From assembly GCA_041666045.1 (NCBI GenBank), contig JBAYHR010000002.1:18773-82772 (forward strand): a stretch of 64,000 nucleotides of DNA, written 5' to 3'. The first letter of the stretch is position 1; every line of letters starts with the position of its first letter. This document shows positions 29,438-40,118 of this stretch, piece by piece. A model generated the notes under the pieces. That model was not told the origin of the DNA and did no database searches. It saw only the letters and a list, made by a program, of their open reading frames with translations. The translations under genes were made by a program, and so were the position numbers. Source of the DNA: Minisyncoccota bacterium (GTDB taxonomy: Bacteria; Patescibacteriota; Minisyncoccia; Phycocordibacterales; UBA9973).

Positions 29438-30190
29438 ATGTTAGAATTTTTTCCACAACACAAAGAAGAAGAAGAAAGACTCAAAAAAGGAGACCCAAAG
29501 GGAGATAAAAAAGGGCGTTCTTTTAGGGGTAAGCCATTTATACCAGCCAATGAAATACCAGATCCAGAATCCTATCAAAATATAGAGGAAAGAATTGATT
29601 CTAAACCAGAAGAAATAAGGAGTGAAATTTTTATACCTAAGGATACAACAAAAGAAGAATTTCTTTCTGGCTTGAAAGATGAATATCTTTTTGAGAAAAG
29701 TGGGCAAATAAGAAAAATTCTTGAAAATCAAATTAAAAAACTTGAAGAAGAAATAAAAGAGGAAGAAAATCAAGAAAAATTAAGTAATGAAAAAATGTCT
29801 AAAGAGGTTAAGTTTTTTAGGCGTGGTGACGTTGCTCATGTGGGTCCCGATGTTGAGGAAGTAAAGAATAATAATTCAGAGATTAAGGTTGAAAAGATTT
29901 TTGATGGGGGAGATAATGAAAATGAAAAAATAAAATTTAAACACGGAAAAAAATTTTTACAGAAGGTTGGAGGAACTTATCCAAGATTTTTATCAGCGAG
30001 TAAAAATTTTATATCTAATACGCCATTTTTGCGTAAAAAGTTAAAAAAAGAAAGTAAAGATAATTTAAAAACAATGCCAGCCTCAAAAAAAGAAAGAAGT
30101 GAGCGTGGTGAAATTAAAAAAGTTTTACATGATCCAAAAAATTGGGAAGAAGCTGGTAAAAAATCTGATCCAATGGATTCTATTGAGTAA
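29438..30190 (+). CDS. Lys/Glu-rich low-complexity hypothetical protein
   Basis: Long ORF with charged low-complexity sequence. Confidence 0.45.
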   Translation: MLEFFPQHKEEEERLKKGDPKGDKKGRSFRGKPFIPANEIPDPESYQNIEERIDSKPEEIRSEIFIPKDTTKEEFLSGLKDEYLFEKSGQIRKILENQIKKLEEEIKEEENQEKLSNEKMSKEVKFFRRGDVAHVGPDVEEVKNNNSEIKVEKIFDGGDNENEKIKFKHGKKFLQKVGGTYPRFLSASKNFISNTPFLRKKLKKESKDNLKTMPASKKERSERGEIKKVLHDPKNWEEAGKKSDPMDSIE

Positions 30191-30208
30191 TAATAAAAAA
30201 TTATAATA

Positions 30209-30994
30209 ATGCAAAAGTTTTCTATAAAAAATAGAAAAGATTTAAATATAATAGGAAATATTTTAATTCCTAAAAACTCAAAAGGTTTGTCTTTTGTAAT
30301 GCATGGATTAGGTGGATATAAAGAAGAACTTCATATAACTTTAATTGCTAACACTCTTTTTGAAAACAATTATGTTGTTATAAACTTTGATGGAACAAAC
30401 TCAAGAGGAGAAAGTGGTGGAAAATACGAAGACGCAACAATGGAAAAACACTATGAAGATTTAGTTGATGTTATCAATTGGGCAAAAACACAAACTTGGT
30501 ATAAAGAACCTTTTATTTTAGCTGGTCATAGCATGGGTGGGTATGCTGTTGCAAGATATGCAGAAGAATTTCCCCTAGAAGTCAAAGGTGTATTTCCATT
30601 TGGTGCTGTTTTTTCTGGGAAAGACTGTTTTGAAACATATAAAAAACTAAGAACCGAAGAACTTAATGATTGGAAAGAAAAAGGTTGGACATATAGGACA
30701 AGTAAATCAAAGCCAGAATTTGAAATGAAACTCCCATGGTCTCATATGGAAGAAAGATTGAAGCATGATTTAAAACCAAGGGCAGATAAAATTACTATGC
30801 CAATATTATTGGTTGCGGGAGAAAATGATACAAGCTGTCCATCAAGTGATCAAAAGAAATTCTATGATTTACTTCCAGAAAATACTACAAAAGAATTTCA
30901 TATTGTAAAAGGAGTTGGTCATGTATTTCGCGAACCTCAACATTTAAATGAATTAAAAGAAATTTTTGATAATTGGTTAAAAAATTTAAATTAA
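30209..30994 (+). CDS. Alpha/beta-fold hydrolase
   Basis: GHSMGG nucleophile elbow. A downstream Asp/His region. Confidence 0.75.
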   Translation: MQKFSIKNRKDLNIIGNILIPKNSKGLSFVMHGLGGYKEELHITLIANTLFENNYVVINFDGTNSRGESGGKYEDATMEKHYEDLVDVINWAKTQTWYKEPFILAGHSMGGYAVARYAEEFPLEVKGVFPFGAVFSGKDCFETYKKLRTEELNDWKEKGWTYRTSKSKPEFEMKLPWSHMEERLKHDLKPRADKITMPILLVAGENDTSCPSSDQKKFYDLLPENTTKEFHIVKGVGHVFREPQHLNELKEIFDNWLKNLN

Positions 30995-30998
30995 AATT

Positions 30999-31646
30999 AT
31001 GAAAATAAAAAAATTAGGGCATTGTTGTTTAGTAATAGAAGAAAATAGTAAAAGAATAATGATTGATCCAGGTAAATATACTACCACTTTTCAAAATGAA
31101 GAAAAAAATATTGATTATATTTTTATAACTCATGAACATTCAGATCATATTCATGTTGATTCTTTAAAAGTTATATTAAAAAATAATCCAAATGTTGAAA
31201 TAATTACAAATGTTTCTGTCGGTAAAATACTAGATAAGGAAGAAATTAAATATTTTTTAATAGAAGAAGGGCAAGAAAAAATTATTGGAGGTGATATTTT
31301 AATTTGTGGTGTTGGAAAATTACATAAAGGAGTTTACGAAGGTATTCCAAGAGTAGAGAATATTGGTTTTACGATAAATGATAAATTTTTCTATCCAGGA
31401 GATGCTTTAGAGAATCCTAAGAAGCAAATAGAGATTGTTGCTTTTCCTGTTGTTGGTAGTTGGTTAAAATTGAGCGGAGCAATTGATTGGTTAAAAGAAT
31501 TAAAACCAAAAATTGCATTTCCTGTTCATGATGGGATTATAAACGAATATGGTAAAAATGCTTTTTTAAAAAATAGTGAAAAAATTCTTTCCAATACTAA
31601 TATTGAGTTTAAAGTTTTGGAAGAAAATAAAGAAGAATTTTTTTAA
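30999..31646 (+). CDS. MBL-fold metallo-hydrolase
   Basis: ITHEHSDHI (HxHxDH) motif. Confidence 0.8.
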   Translation: MKIKKLGHCCLVIEENSKRIMIDPGKYTTTFQNEEKNIDYIFITHEHSDHIHVDSLKVILKNNPNVEIITNVSVGKILDKEEIKYFLIEEGQEKIIGGDILICGVGKLHKGVYEGIPRVENIGFTINDKFFYPGDALENPKKQIEIVAFPVVGSWLKLSGAIDWLKELKPKIAFPVHDGIINEYGKNAFLKNSEKILSNTNIEFKVLEENKEEFF

Positions 31647-31690
31647 TTATTACTAATAAGCTAAAAGCTAATAACTATAAGCTATTCCAA

Positions 31691-32272
31691 ATGCACCACA
31701 TTTATCACACAGAGGCTTTAATATTAGGAAGTAAAAGCTTTGGGGAAGCCGGTAAGTATTATTTTCTTTTTACTCGTGACTTAGGGATGATATATGCATC
31801 TGCGCAGGGAATAAGAAAAATATCTTCCAAACTTCGTTTTGTATTACAAGATTTTTCTTATGTAAAAATTGATCTTGTTCGTGGAAAAGATTTTTGGCGC
31901 ATAACTAGCGCGTCTAAAACAAACGAACTTGAAAATATTTCTAAAAAAAGAGAAACACTAGAAGTTTTTGCTAATTTATCTCAACTACTAAAACGTTTAT
32001 TAGTTGGAGAAGAATCAAATGGAATTTTATTTACTGATTTATTAAATGGTTTATTTGTTTTAGAAAAATCTGAAACTATAGAGGAAATTCGTAATATTGA
32101 AGCAATAGTTGTTTTACGAATGCTTAGTAATCTGGGATATATTGGTGGAAGTGAAGTTTTGAAGGAATTTATAAAATCTCCATTTGAAGAGAATTTAATA
32201 TTTGAAGTAGGGAAAAGCCGTGGAAAGATTCTTTCCGAGATAAACAAGGCTTTAAGAGAAAGTCACTTGTAA
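31691..32272 (+). CDS. recO: DNA repair protein RecO (short)
   Basis: The N-terminal OB-fold pattern GEAGKYYFLFTRDLGMIYASAQGIRKISSKLR resembles RecO. Confidence 0.6.
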   Translation: MHHIYHTEALILGSKSFGEAGKYYFLFTRDLGMIYASAQGIRKISSKLRFVLQDFSYVKIDLVRGKDFWRITSASKTNELENISKKRETLEVFANLSQLLKRLLVGEESNGILFTDLLNGLFVLEKSETIEEIRNIEAIVVLRMLSNLGYIGGSEVLKEFIKSPFEENLIFEVGKSRGKILSEINKALRESHL

Positions 32273-32327
32273 ATTGCCTGTCCCGTCAGAGATTTCTTAA
32301 TCTCGTTCGGGATGATATAATTACAGG

Positions 32328-34256
32328 ATGCCAATAGGTGATAGAGAAAAATTAAACAGACTTGAGGAATTGAAAAGTAAACTATTTAGTAGAAATTATA
32401 AAATGCCAGATCTAACCCATGGCGGATTTTCTCGCGGGCTAAAGAAAGATGTTCCAGATTCTTGGGCTACTAAAGAAGAAGAAAAAAAGCTTGAAGAAAA
32501 ATTTTATATGAAAACATCTATGTTTAAGAAATTCTTTATTTTCTCAATAGTCTTTTTTGTTTTAGCTTTGGGTTTTGCGCTTTATATGTTTTTGGGAGGA
32601 GGCAATACTGTTTCAAATAATAATATTGATATTTCTATATTGGGAAATGCATTTACTGCAGGAGGAGAAGAATTGCCATTACAAATTGAAATAATAAATA
32701 AAAATAATTCTCCACTTGAACTAGCTGATCTTTTAGTAGAATATCCAAAAGGTTCATCTGTTGATTTGTCGCAAGATGCAGAACGTTTGCGTAGTTCATT
32801 AGGAACAATTCCAGCAGGTGGAGTACGAAATGAAAATGTGAAAGTTGTATTATTTGGAGAGCAAGGCAGTATAAAACCGTTAAAAATTTCTCTTGAATAT
32901 AGAATACAAGGTTCTAATGCTATTTTCGTTAAAGAAAAACTGTACGAAGTAACAATAAGTTCTGCACCCATAAATCTTTTAGTTGATGCTCCGACAGAAG
33001 TAAGTCCAAATCAGGATTTGGTTTTAAATGTTAAATCTATTTTAAATGCTACAAAAGCTGCATCAAAAATACTTCTTAAACTTGATTATCCAGTTGGATT
33101 TGAATTTACATCTTCAAATCCAGCACCGTCTTTTGGCAATAATGTCTGGAATCTTGGAGATCTTGCCCCGGGGACAGAACGTGATATTTCTATTGTTGGC
33201 AAAATGGTTGATGTTTACGATGGTGAAGAAAAAACATTTCATGTATTTAGTGGATCACAAAGTGATTCTGATAAATCAGTGATTGGTGTAGTGTTTAATT
33301 CTTTAGGTCATACAGTTATGATAAAAAAACCTTTCATTGAAGCAAAGCTTTATGTGAATGGTGTTTATCAAAGAGAATATGCCACAGATACAAAAACTCC
33401 AATACAAGGTGAAATTCGTTGGGTAAATAATTTAGAAACAAAAATAAATGATTTGGAAATTCGCGCAAAAATTTTAGGTAATGCAGTAGATAGAAAAACA
33501 ATTTCCGCGCAACAAGGATTTTATAATTCTTCAATAGACACAATAATTTGGGATAGAAATTCTTTAAGTCAATTTGAAGAAGTAAATCCTGGAGATTCTG
33601 GATCTGTTGGTTTCTCTGTATCTCCAGTTTCATTATTTTCAGGAAGCGGGGGAATGTTGTCTAATCCATCAGTAACCATAGAAGTTTCCATAGCTGGCAA
33701 ACAACCACTTGAAGGTAATGCGGTAAAAGTATTAAATAATTCAGAATCAAAAATAATAAGAATTACTTCTGACGTTGGACTTGCCACAAAAGCACTTTAT
33801 TATTCTGGACCTTTTACAAATACTGGGTCTATTCCACCAAAAGTAGAACAAGAAACTACTTATACTATTACGTGGTCTCTTTCTAATTCTGCAAATAATA
33901 TTTCAAAAGCTAAAATAAATTCTACGCTTCCTTCATGGGTTAGATTTATGAATGCAATTTCTCCTTCTACTGAAGATTTAACATATAATGCTTCTACAAA
34001 AGAAATAGTTTGGAATATTGGGGCTATTCCAAAGGGTGTAGGGATAACAGGTGGAGAGAGAGAAGTTTCTTTCCAAATTGCTTTAACACCTTCACTTTCA
34101 CAAGTTGGAACCGCTCCTGTGATAATAAATGATGCAGTTTTGACCGGACACGATGATTTTGCTAATGTAGATGTACGGGTAAATAAATCTTCTTTAAATA
34201 CTCGTCTTTCGAATGATTCTCTTTTTTCAACTACTGGAGATAGAGTTATAAATTAA
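32328..34256 (+). CDS. Membrane-anchored surface protein with CARDB/DUF11-like repeats, hypothetical
   Basis: Cytoplasmic N-terminus, one TM helix, then repeated beta-modules (VWNLGDLAPGTERDISIVG etc.). Confidence 0.6.
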   Translation: MPIGDREKLNRLEELKSKLFSRNYKMPDLTHGGFSRGLKKDVPDSWATKEEEKKLEEKFYMKTSMFKKFFIFSIVFFVLALGFALYMFLGGGNTVSNNNIDISILGNAFTAGGEELPLQIEIINKNNSPLELADLLVEYPKGSSVDLSQDAERLRSSLGTIPAGGVRNENVKVVLFGEQGSIKPLKISLEYRIQGSNAIFVKEKLYEVTISSAPINLLVDAPTEVSPNQDLVLNVKSILNATKAASKILLKLDYPVGFEFTSSNPAPSFGNNVWNLGDLAPGTERDISIVGKMVDVYDGEEKTFHVFSGSQSDSDKSVIGVVFNSLGHTVMIKKPFIEAKLYVNGVYQREYATDTKTPIQGEIRWVNNLETKINDLEIRAKILGNAVDRKTISAQQGFYNSSIDTIIWDRNSLSQFEEVNPGDSGSVGFSVSPVSLFSGSGGMLSNPSVTIEVSIAGKQPLEGNAVKVLNNSESKIIRITSDVGLATKALYYSGPFTNTGSIPPKVEQETTYTITWSLSNSANNISKAKINSTLPSWVRFMNAISPSTEDLTYNASTKEIVWNIGAIPKGVGITGGEREVSFQIALTPSLSQVGTAPVIINDAVLTGHDDFANVDVRVNKSSLNTRLSNDSLFSTTGDRVIN

Positions 34257-34261
34257 ATTAT

Positions 34262-35569
34262 ATGTCAGAAAAAAATATAGAAAATGATTTGATGGAAAAA
34301 ATAGTTTCTCTTTGCAAGAGAAGAGGTTTTATTTTTCTTGGTTCTGAAATTTATGGCGGGCTAGCTGGGACTTACGACTGGGGGCATTTTGGTTTAGCTC
34401 TAAAAAATAATATAAAAAATTCTTGGTGGAAAAAATTTGTAGATTCACGCCGTGATATGTATGGAATTGATTCTGCAATTTTAATGCGACAAGAAGTGTG
34501 GCAAAAGGCAGGACACGTAGAGAATTTTGCTGACCCTATGGTTGAGTGCGAAAAGTGCAAGAAAAGATTTCGCGCTGATCAAATAGAGGATAAAAATAAA
34601 TGCGCTGATTGCGGTGGAAAATTAAGTGAAGCAAAACAATTCAATATGATGTTTGCGACGAAAGTCGGAGTGTCTGAAGATTCTTCGGCTATTTCATATC
34701 TTCGTCCAGAAACTGCACAAGGTATGTTTGTAAATTTTAAAAATACAGTAGATGCTTTTCATCCTAAACTTCCTTTCGGTTTGGCTCAAATCGGTAAAGC
34801 ATTTCGTAATGAAATAACTCCAAGAGATTTTATTTTCCGTGTTCGTGAATTTGAGCAAATGGAAATAGAATATTTTGTGCGTGCTGAAGATTGGGAAAAA
34901 TATTTTGAATATTGGAAAGATGAAATGGAAGAATGGATGGAAGAAGTAGGTATCGATATGAATAAAGTTCATGATATTGATATTGCAAAAGAAGATCTCG
35001 CGCATTATTCAAAAAGAACAACAGATTTTGAATTTGAATATCCTTTCGGGCAGAAAGAACTTTTTGGCCTTGCATACAGAACAGATTTTGATTTAACAAC
35101 TCACAAGATTGATTTTATTGATGAAGAAAAAGGAGAAAAAATAGTTCCTCATGTTATAGAGCCATCATTTGGATTGGATCGTTCAGTATTAGCATTACTT
35201 CTTTCAGCTTATTGTGAAGAAGAAAAAGATGGGGAAGTGCGTTCATATCTTAAATTTAAACCTTCTATCGCGCCAGTTATTTGTGCGGTTTCACCTTTAC
35301 TTAAAAATAAGCCTGAGCTTGTGGAATATGCTAATACAAAAGTTTTTGCTCTACTCAAAACAGAATTTGGACGTGTGATTTGGGATGATAATGGAAATAT
35401 TGGAAAGCGTTATCGTAGACAAGATGAAATCGGTACACCATTTTGTATAGTAGTTGATTTTGATACTTTGGAAGATGATATTGTCACAGTTCGTGATCGT
35501 GATACTGGTAAGCAGGAAAGAATAAAAGTAGAAGAATTAAAGAATTATATTAAAGAGAAAATAAACTAA
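34262..35569 (+). CDS. glyQS: Glycyl-tRNA synthetase, alpha2 (eukaryote/archaeal-like) type
   Basis: GSEIYGGLAGTYDWGHFG. Class-II motifs (FRNEITPR, GLDRSVLALL). C-terminal anticodon-binding region. Confidence 0.9.
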   Translation: MSEKNIENDLMEKIVSLCKRRGFIFLGSEIYGGLAGTYDWGHFGLALKNNIKNSWWKKFVDSRRDMYGIDSAILMRQEVWQKAGHVENFADPMVECEKCKKRFRADQIEDKNKCADCGGKLSEAKQFNMMFATKVGVSEDSSAISYLRPETAQGMFVNFKNTVDAFHPKLPFGLAQIGKAFRNEITPRDFIFRVREFEQMEIEYFVRAEDWEKYFEYWKDEMEEWMEEVGIDMNKVHDIDIAKEDLAHYSKRTTDFEFEYPFGQKELFGLAYRTDFDLTTHKIDFIDEEKGEKIVPHVIEPSFGLDRSVLALLLSAYCEEEKDGEVRSYLKFKPSIAPVICAVSPLLKNKPELVEYANTKVFALLKTEFGRVIWDDNGNIGKRYRRQDEIGTPFCIVVDFDTLEDDIVTVRDRDTGKQERIKVEELKNYIKEKIN

Positions 35570-36838
35570 ATGAAATTTACAAAAAAGGTTTTACATAATG
35601 GACTTCGAGTTATCACTGTACCAATGAAAGATAATCCTACTGCTACAGTTTTGGTGCTTGTGGAAGCAGGTTCTAAATACGAAACAAAAAAGATAAATGG
35701 TTTGTCTCATTTTCTCGAACATATGTGTTTTAAGGGCACAATTAAAAGACCTAAGGCAATTGATATTTCTAAGGAATTAGATGCAATAGGAAGCCAATAT
35801 AACGCTTTTACAGCCCAAGAATATACAGGTTACTATGCGAAATCAGACGCAAAGCACTTCAAGCAGATTTTTGATATTGTTTCAGATATTTATTTGAATT
35901 CCACTTTTCCAGAAGCTGAAATGCAGAAAGAAAAAGGAGTGATTATTGAAGAAATAAATATGTATGAAGACTTACCAAATCGTCATGTGCAAGATTTGAT
36001 GATGGAGCTTTTGTATGGCGATCAACCAGCAGGATGGAATATAGCAGGAGACAAAAAAAATATTTTAAATATGAAGCGTGATGATTTCGTTAGTTATAAA
36101 AAAATGCATTATCTTCCAGAAGCTACAGTGATAATAGTCGCAGGGCAGGTGACAGAAAAGGAAGTTTTAAAACAAGTTAAAAAAGTTTTTGGGAAAGTTT
36201 CTCGTGGTAAAAAATCTCCAAAAGTTAAAGTAAAAGAAAAACAAATAAAACCAGAAGTATTGTTGAAATTTAAAAAGACAGATCAAACACATTTTGTTTT
36301 AGCAAATCGCACTTATGATTTATTTAATAAGAAAAATGCAGAGCTTGTTGTGCTTGGTGGAATACTCGGTGGTGGGATGAGTTCAAGATTATTTCAAAAG
36401 CTTCGTGAAGAAATGGGAGTAGGTTATTATGTTCGTGCTTATGATGATGCTTATACTGATCATGGATTTTTTCAAGTATCTGCTGGTGTAGATAATAAAA
36501 GAATTTACGAAGTTATAGATGCGGTGTTAGAAGAATGTAAAAAACTTAAGAATGAAAAAGTAACTGAAGATGAATTAAATAAAGTTAAAGAATGTTTGAT
36601 AGGCAATATGAAGCTCTCTCTTGAATCTAGTGATGATATTGCGAACTTTTATGGTGGACAAGAGTTATTAAAGAAAGAAATAAAAAATGCTGAAGAAAAA
36701 GCTAAAGAGATAAGGAAAGTGACAGCAGATCAAATACAGAAAGTGGCAAAAGATATTTTTAATGATAAAAAACTCAACCTTGCAATAATTGGACCTTTTA
36801 AAGATAAAACAAAATTCTCAAAGATATTAAAATTGTAG
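35570..36838 (+). CDS. M16-family (insulinase-like) zinc peptidase
   Basis: HFLEHMCFKGT inverted zincin motif plus a downstream E. Confidence 0.85.
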   Translation: MKFTKKVLHNGLRVITVPMKDNPTATVLVLVEAGSKYETKKINGLSHFLEHMCFKGTIKRPKAIDISKELDAIGSQYNAFTAQEYTGYYAKSDAKHFKQIFDIVSDIYLNSTFPEAEMQKEKGVIIEEINMYEDLPNRHVQDLMMELLYGDQPAGWNIAGDKKNILNMKRDDFVSYKKMHYLPEATVIIVAGQVTEKEVLKQVKKVFGKVSRGKKSPKVKVKEKQIKPEVLLKFKKTDQTHFVLANRTYDLFNKKNAELVVLGGILGGGMSSRLFQKLREEMGVGYYVRAYDDAYTDHGFFQVSAGVDNKRIYEVIDAVLEECKKLKNEKVTEDELNKVKECLIGNMKLSLESSDDIANFYGGQELLKKEIKNAEEKAKEIRKVTADQIQKVAKDIFNDKKLNLAIIGPFKDKTKFSKILKL

Positions 36839-36868
36839 AACTGAGTATTTTTGTGTTATTATACTTTT

Positions 36869-37945
36869 ATGAAGGAAAAAGATAATGTTTCATCTATTTC
36901 AATATCAAACGGGTCAATAATCCGCGTATTTTTAATCGTGCTTGGATTCTTTTTGATTTATGTTTTGCGAGATATGGTGCTCGTTATTCTTACTTCTATC
37001 GTGATAGCTTCTTTTGTTGAGTCCGCAATTCCTTATTTTAGAAAAATAAGAATGGGTAGAGTTATGGGGGTGGCAATTTTATACATTGTTTCAATTAGTG
37101 TATTAGCAGGATTATTTTATCTTTTTGCTCCTCTTTTAATAACAGAAATTTATAATTTTGCTGTATTTATTTCTTCTTATGCTCCGGGGGTTGATTTTTT
37201 GAATTATTTCCAAAATGATGTATTTTCTGGCGCTAAAGATATTGTTGCGAATTTATCTGGTAATTTTTCACTTGATACTTTGCTTTTAGCATCAAAAGCA
37301 TTTATTTCAAATCTTTCAGGTGGATTCTTTACGACAGTATCAGTAGCATTCGGCAGTATTTTCAACTTTGTATTAATTATTATTATTTCTTTTTATCTTT
37401 CAATTCAAGAAAAGGGAATAGAGAATTTTTTGCGAATTATTTTGCCTATAAAACACGAAGATTATATTGTTAATTTATGGGAACGTTCAAGTAGAAAAAT
37501 TGGTCTTTGGATGAAAGGTCAAATGCTTCTTGGTATTTTGGTTGGAGTTTTGATTTATCTAGTGCTTTCACTTTTAGGAATTCAATACGCGCTTCTTTTA
37601 GCTATAATTGCCGGAATAATGGAAATGGTGCCTTATGGTATTTTGATTGCTCTTGTGCCAGCAATTTCCTTTTCTTTTCTTTCAGGAGGAATGTCTAGCG
37701 CATTGATGGTTGGTGGAGCATATTTAATAATTCACCAATTTGAAGTTTTCTTATTTAATCCTCTTATTGTAAAGAGAGTCGTAGGGCTTTCTCCACTTGT
37801 GGTAATTTTGTCTGTTTTGATAGGTTTTGAGCTTGCTGGTTTCTGGGGAATAGTGCTCGCTATTCCAACTGCAGTGGTCCTTATGGAATTTTTGGGTGAT
37901 ATAGAAAAGGATAAGATTTTCAGTAAAATAAAAAATGAAAAATAG
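36869..37945 (+). CDS. AI-2E family transporter-like membrane protein (UPF0118)
   Basis: Eight or more TM helices. The C-terminal pattern ...GLSPLVVILSVLIGFELAGFWGIVLAIP... is typical of PF01594. Confidence 0.65.
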   Translation: MKEKDNVSSISISNGSIIRVFLIVLGFFLIYVLRDMVLVILTSIVIASFVESAIPYFRKIRMGRVMGVAILYIVSISVLAGLFYLFAPLLITEIYNFAVFISSYAPGVDFLNYFQNDVFSGAKDIVANLSGNFSLDTLLLASKAFISNLSGGFFTTVSVAFGSIFNFVLIIIISFYLSIQEKGIENFLRIILPIKHEDYIVNLWERSSRKIGLWMKGQMLLGILVGVLIYLVLSLLGIQYALLLAIIAGIMEMVPYGILIALVPAISFSFLSGGMSSALMVGGAYLIIHQFEVFLFNPLIVKRVVGLSPLVVILSVLIGFELAGFWGIVLAIPTAVVLMEFLGDIEKDKIFSKIKNEK

Positions 37946-39374
37946 TTTTTATATTACAACGACTCTCCCGTATGTTAATTCAGATCCACATGTTGGATTT
38001 GCAATGGAATTTATTCGTGCTGACGTTATAGCTCGATTTAAAAAATTAAATGGTTATGAAGTATTTTTTAATACTGGTACTGATGAGCATGGTCAGAAAC
38101 TTTTTGATTCTGCAAAAAAAGAAGGAAAGGAAGTTCAAGTCTATGTGGATGAATATGCAGAAAAATTTAGAGATTTGAAAAATGTTTTAGGAATTTCAGA
38201 AGATGTTCATTTTGTTCGTACCACAGATGAGCATCATATAAAGTCCGCGCAGGAATTTTGGAAAATTTGTAAAGAGAATGGATATATTTATAAAAAAACC
38301 TATCAGGCAAAATATTGTGTAGGTTGTGAGCTCAATAAGACTGATTCTGAATTAGTAGATGGCGAGTGTCCTATACATCCTGGACGAAAATTAGAATTGA
38401 TTGATGAAGAGAATTATTTTTTTAAGTTTTCAGAATTTCAAAAACCACTTTTAGATTTTTATGTAAAGAATCCTAATTTTGTTGTGCCAGATTTTCGTTT
38501 TCACGAAATAAAAGCTTTTATTGGAGCTGGTCTTGATGATTTTTCAATTTCTCGTTTGAAATCAAAAATGTCATGGGGTGTACCCGTACCTGATGATGAT
38601 AAACATGTTATGTATGTTTGGTTTGATGCGCTTGTTAATTATATTTCTACATTGGGATGGCCAGAGAACAAAGAACAATTTGAAAAGTTTTGGGTGAATG
38701 GAACTCCTGTTCAATATTGTGGCAAAGATAATCTACGCCAACAAACTGCAATGTGGCAAGCAATGCTTATGTCTGTAAAATTACCAAATACGCATCAAGT
38801 TATTGTAGATGGTTTTATAACAGGCGATGGGGGAATAAAAATGTCTAAATCTATTGGCAATGTGGTAAATCCAGTTGAAATAGTAAAAGAATATGGCACA
38901 GATGCATTAAGATATTTTTTACTTCGTGAAGTATCTAGCTTTGAAGATAGTCCCTTTACCATAGAGCGATTTAAAGAAGCTTATAATTCAGGACTTGCAA
39001 ATGGGCTTGGTAATTTATCTTCACGGATTCTTACACTTTCGGAAAAACATTTGGATAAATGTCCAGAGATTCCTGAAAAATTAGATTTTACAGAATATTT
39101 TAAAATATATGAAGATTTTGATATTAAAAAAGTTATGGATTATATTTGGGATAAAATACAAAATCTTGATAAAAAAATTCAGGAAACTGAACCATTTAAG
39201 GTTATAAAAATTGATGAACAAAAAGGAAAAGAAATGATTAAAGAATTAGTTTTAGAATTATATACAATTGCACGAATGTTAAATCCTGTGATGCCAGAAA
39301 CAAATGAAAAATTAAAAAAATTAATTAAAGAAAATAAAAAACCAGAACAACCTTTATTTTTAAGAAAAGAATAG
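37935..39374 (+). CDS. metG: Methionyl-tRNA synthetase (short, no C-terminal tRNA-binding domain)
   Basis: PYVNSDPHVGF (HIGH-region), Cys-x2-Cys knuckle CVGCE...CPIH, KMSKS. Confidence 0.95.
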   Translation: MKNSFYITTTLPYVNSDPHVGFAMEFIRADVIARFKKLNGYEVFFNTGTDEHGQKLFDSAKKEGKEVQVYVDEYAEKFRDLKNVLGISEDVHFVRTTDEHHIKSAQEFWKICKENGYIYKKTYQAKYCVGCELNKTDSELVDGECPIHPGRKLELIDEENYFFKFSEFQKPLLDFYVKNPNFVVPDFRFHEIKAFIGAGLDDFSISRLKSKMSWGVPVPDDDKHVMYVWFDALVNYISTLGWPENKEQFEKFWVNGTPVQYCGKDNLRQQTAMWQAMLMSVKLPNTHQVIVDGFITGDGGIKMSKSIGNVVNPVEIVKEYGTDALRYFLLREVSSFEDSPFTIERFKEAYNSGLANGLGNLSSRILTLSEKHLDKCPEIPEKLDFTEYFKIYEDFDIKKVMDYIWDKIQNLDKKIQETEPFKVIKIDEQKGKEMIKELVLELYTIARMLNPVMPETNEKLKKLIKENKKPEQPLFLRKE

Positions 39375-39377
39375 AAT

Positions 39378-39494
39378 TTGAATTTTCCCCTCCTTGTGGA
39401 GGAGGGGTGCCTAAAGGGCGGGGTGGTGATTTATTAAATTTAGAATTACCACCCCCAACCCCCTCCTTGAAAAGGAGGGGAGTTAAAATACAAA
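39378..39494. repeat. GC-rich three-hairpin repeat, copy 1 (SD/anti-SD-like hairpins cccctcctt-N4-aaggagggg flanking a GGGTGGT...ACCACCC hairpin)
   Basis: 100% identical over ~114 nt to 40005-40118. Confidence 0.9.
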
Positions 39495-39499
39495 ATACA

Positions 39500-39859
39500 A
39501 TGAAAACCATTCATAATATAAAAAAATTATTTTATAGAAGAAAAGAATTAAGAAACAATAGTACTCCTCAAGAAATTTTATTGTGGTTGAAATTAAAAAA
39601 TTCTCAGCTTGGTTTTAAATTTCGTCGTCAGCACAGCATAGGTGGATATATTGCTGATTTTTATTGTCCTTCTAAAAAATTAGTTATTGAAATTGATGGT
39701 TCACAGCATTTTAAAGAAGAAGCAAAAAAATATGATGATATAAGAAGTAATTATTTTGAAGGTCTTGATATAAAAGTTTTGCGTTTTACAAATGGCGAGA
39801 TAAATACTAATATGAGTGGAGTGTTGTTAAAAATAATAACACAATTAAGTAAAAAATAA
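39500..39859 (+). CDS. DUF559-family (Vsr-like PD-(D/E)xK) endonuclease-domain protein (the 39407 upstream extension is a repeat artefact)
   Basis: RRQHSIGGYIADFYCPSKKLVIEIDGSQH...VLRFTNGEI is a typical DUF559 signature. Confidence 0.8.
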   Translation: MKTIHNIKKLFYRRKELRNNSTPQEILLWLKLKNSQLGFKFRRQHSIGGYIADFYCPSKKLVIEIDGSQHFKEEAKKYDDIRSNYFEGLDIKVLRFTNGEINTNMSGVLLKIITQLSKK

Positions 39860-40004
39860 ATTTATGTCAAAGTATGAAAATATTGTAGAAGTTGTTGGTT
39901 CACCAATAATTATAAATAAAATAAAGTTTGATATTGAAACTTTTGATTTTAATAAAAATAATAAATAATTTTTTATGTCAAAATATATTTACAAAAGTAA
40001 AAGT

Positions 40005-40118
40005 GTCGAATTTTCCCCTCCTTGTGGAGGAGGGGTGCCTAAAGGGCGGGGTGGTGATTTATTAAATTTAGAATTACCACCCCCAACCCCCTCCTTGAAA
40101 AGGAGGGGAGTTAAAATA
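40005..40118. repeat. GC-rich three-hairpin repeat, copy 2 (identical to copy 1). It ends 2 nt before the tatD ATG.
   Basis: Direct sequence identity with 39381-39494. Confidence 0.9.

Noticed and set aside
39325-39510. Minus-strand 61-aa ORF (and the 84-aa twin at 39989-40243) encoding ...LTPLLFKEGVGGGNSKFNKSPPRPLGTPPPQGGENS
   Set aside because: Both lie entirely inside the two identical GC-rich repeats. The identical peptides are a consequence of the repeat, not evidence of coding. The same applies to the N-terminal MPKGRGG... extension of the 39407 ORF. The DUF559 protein starts at the ATG at 39500.
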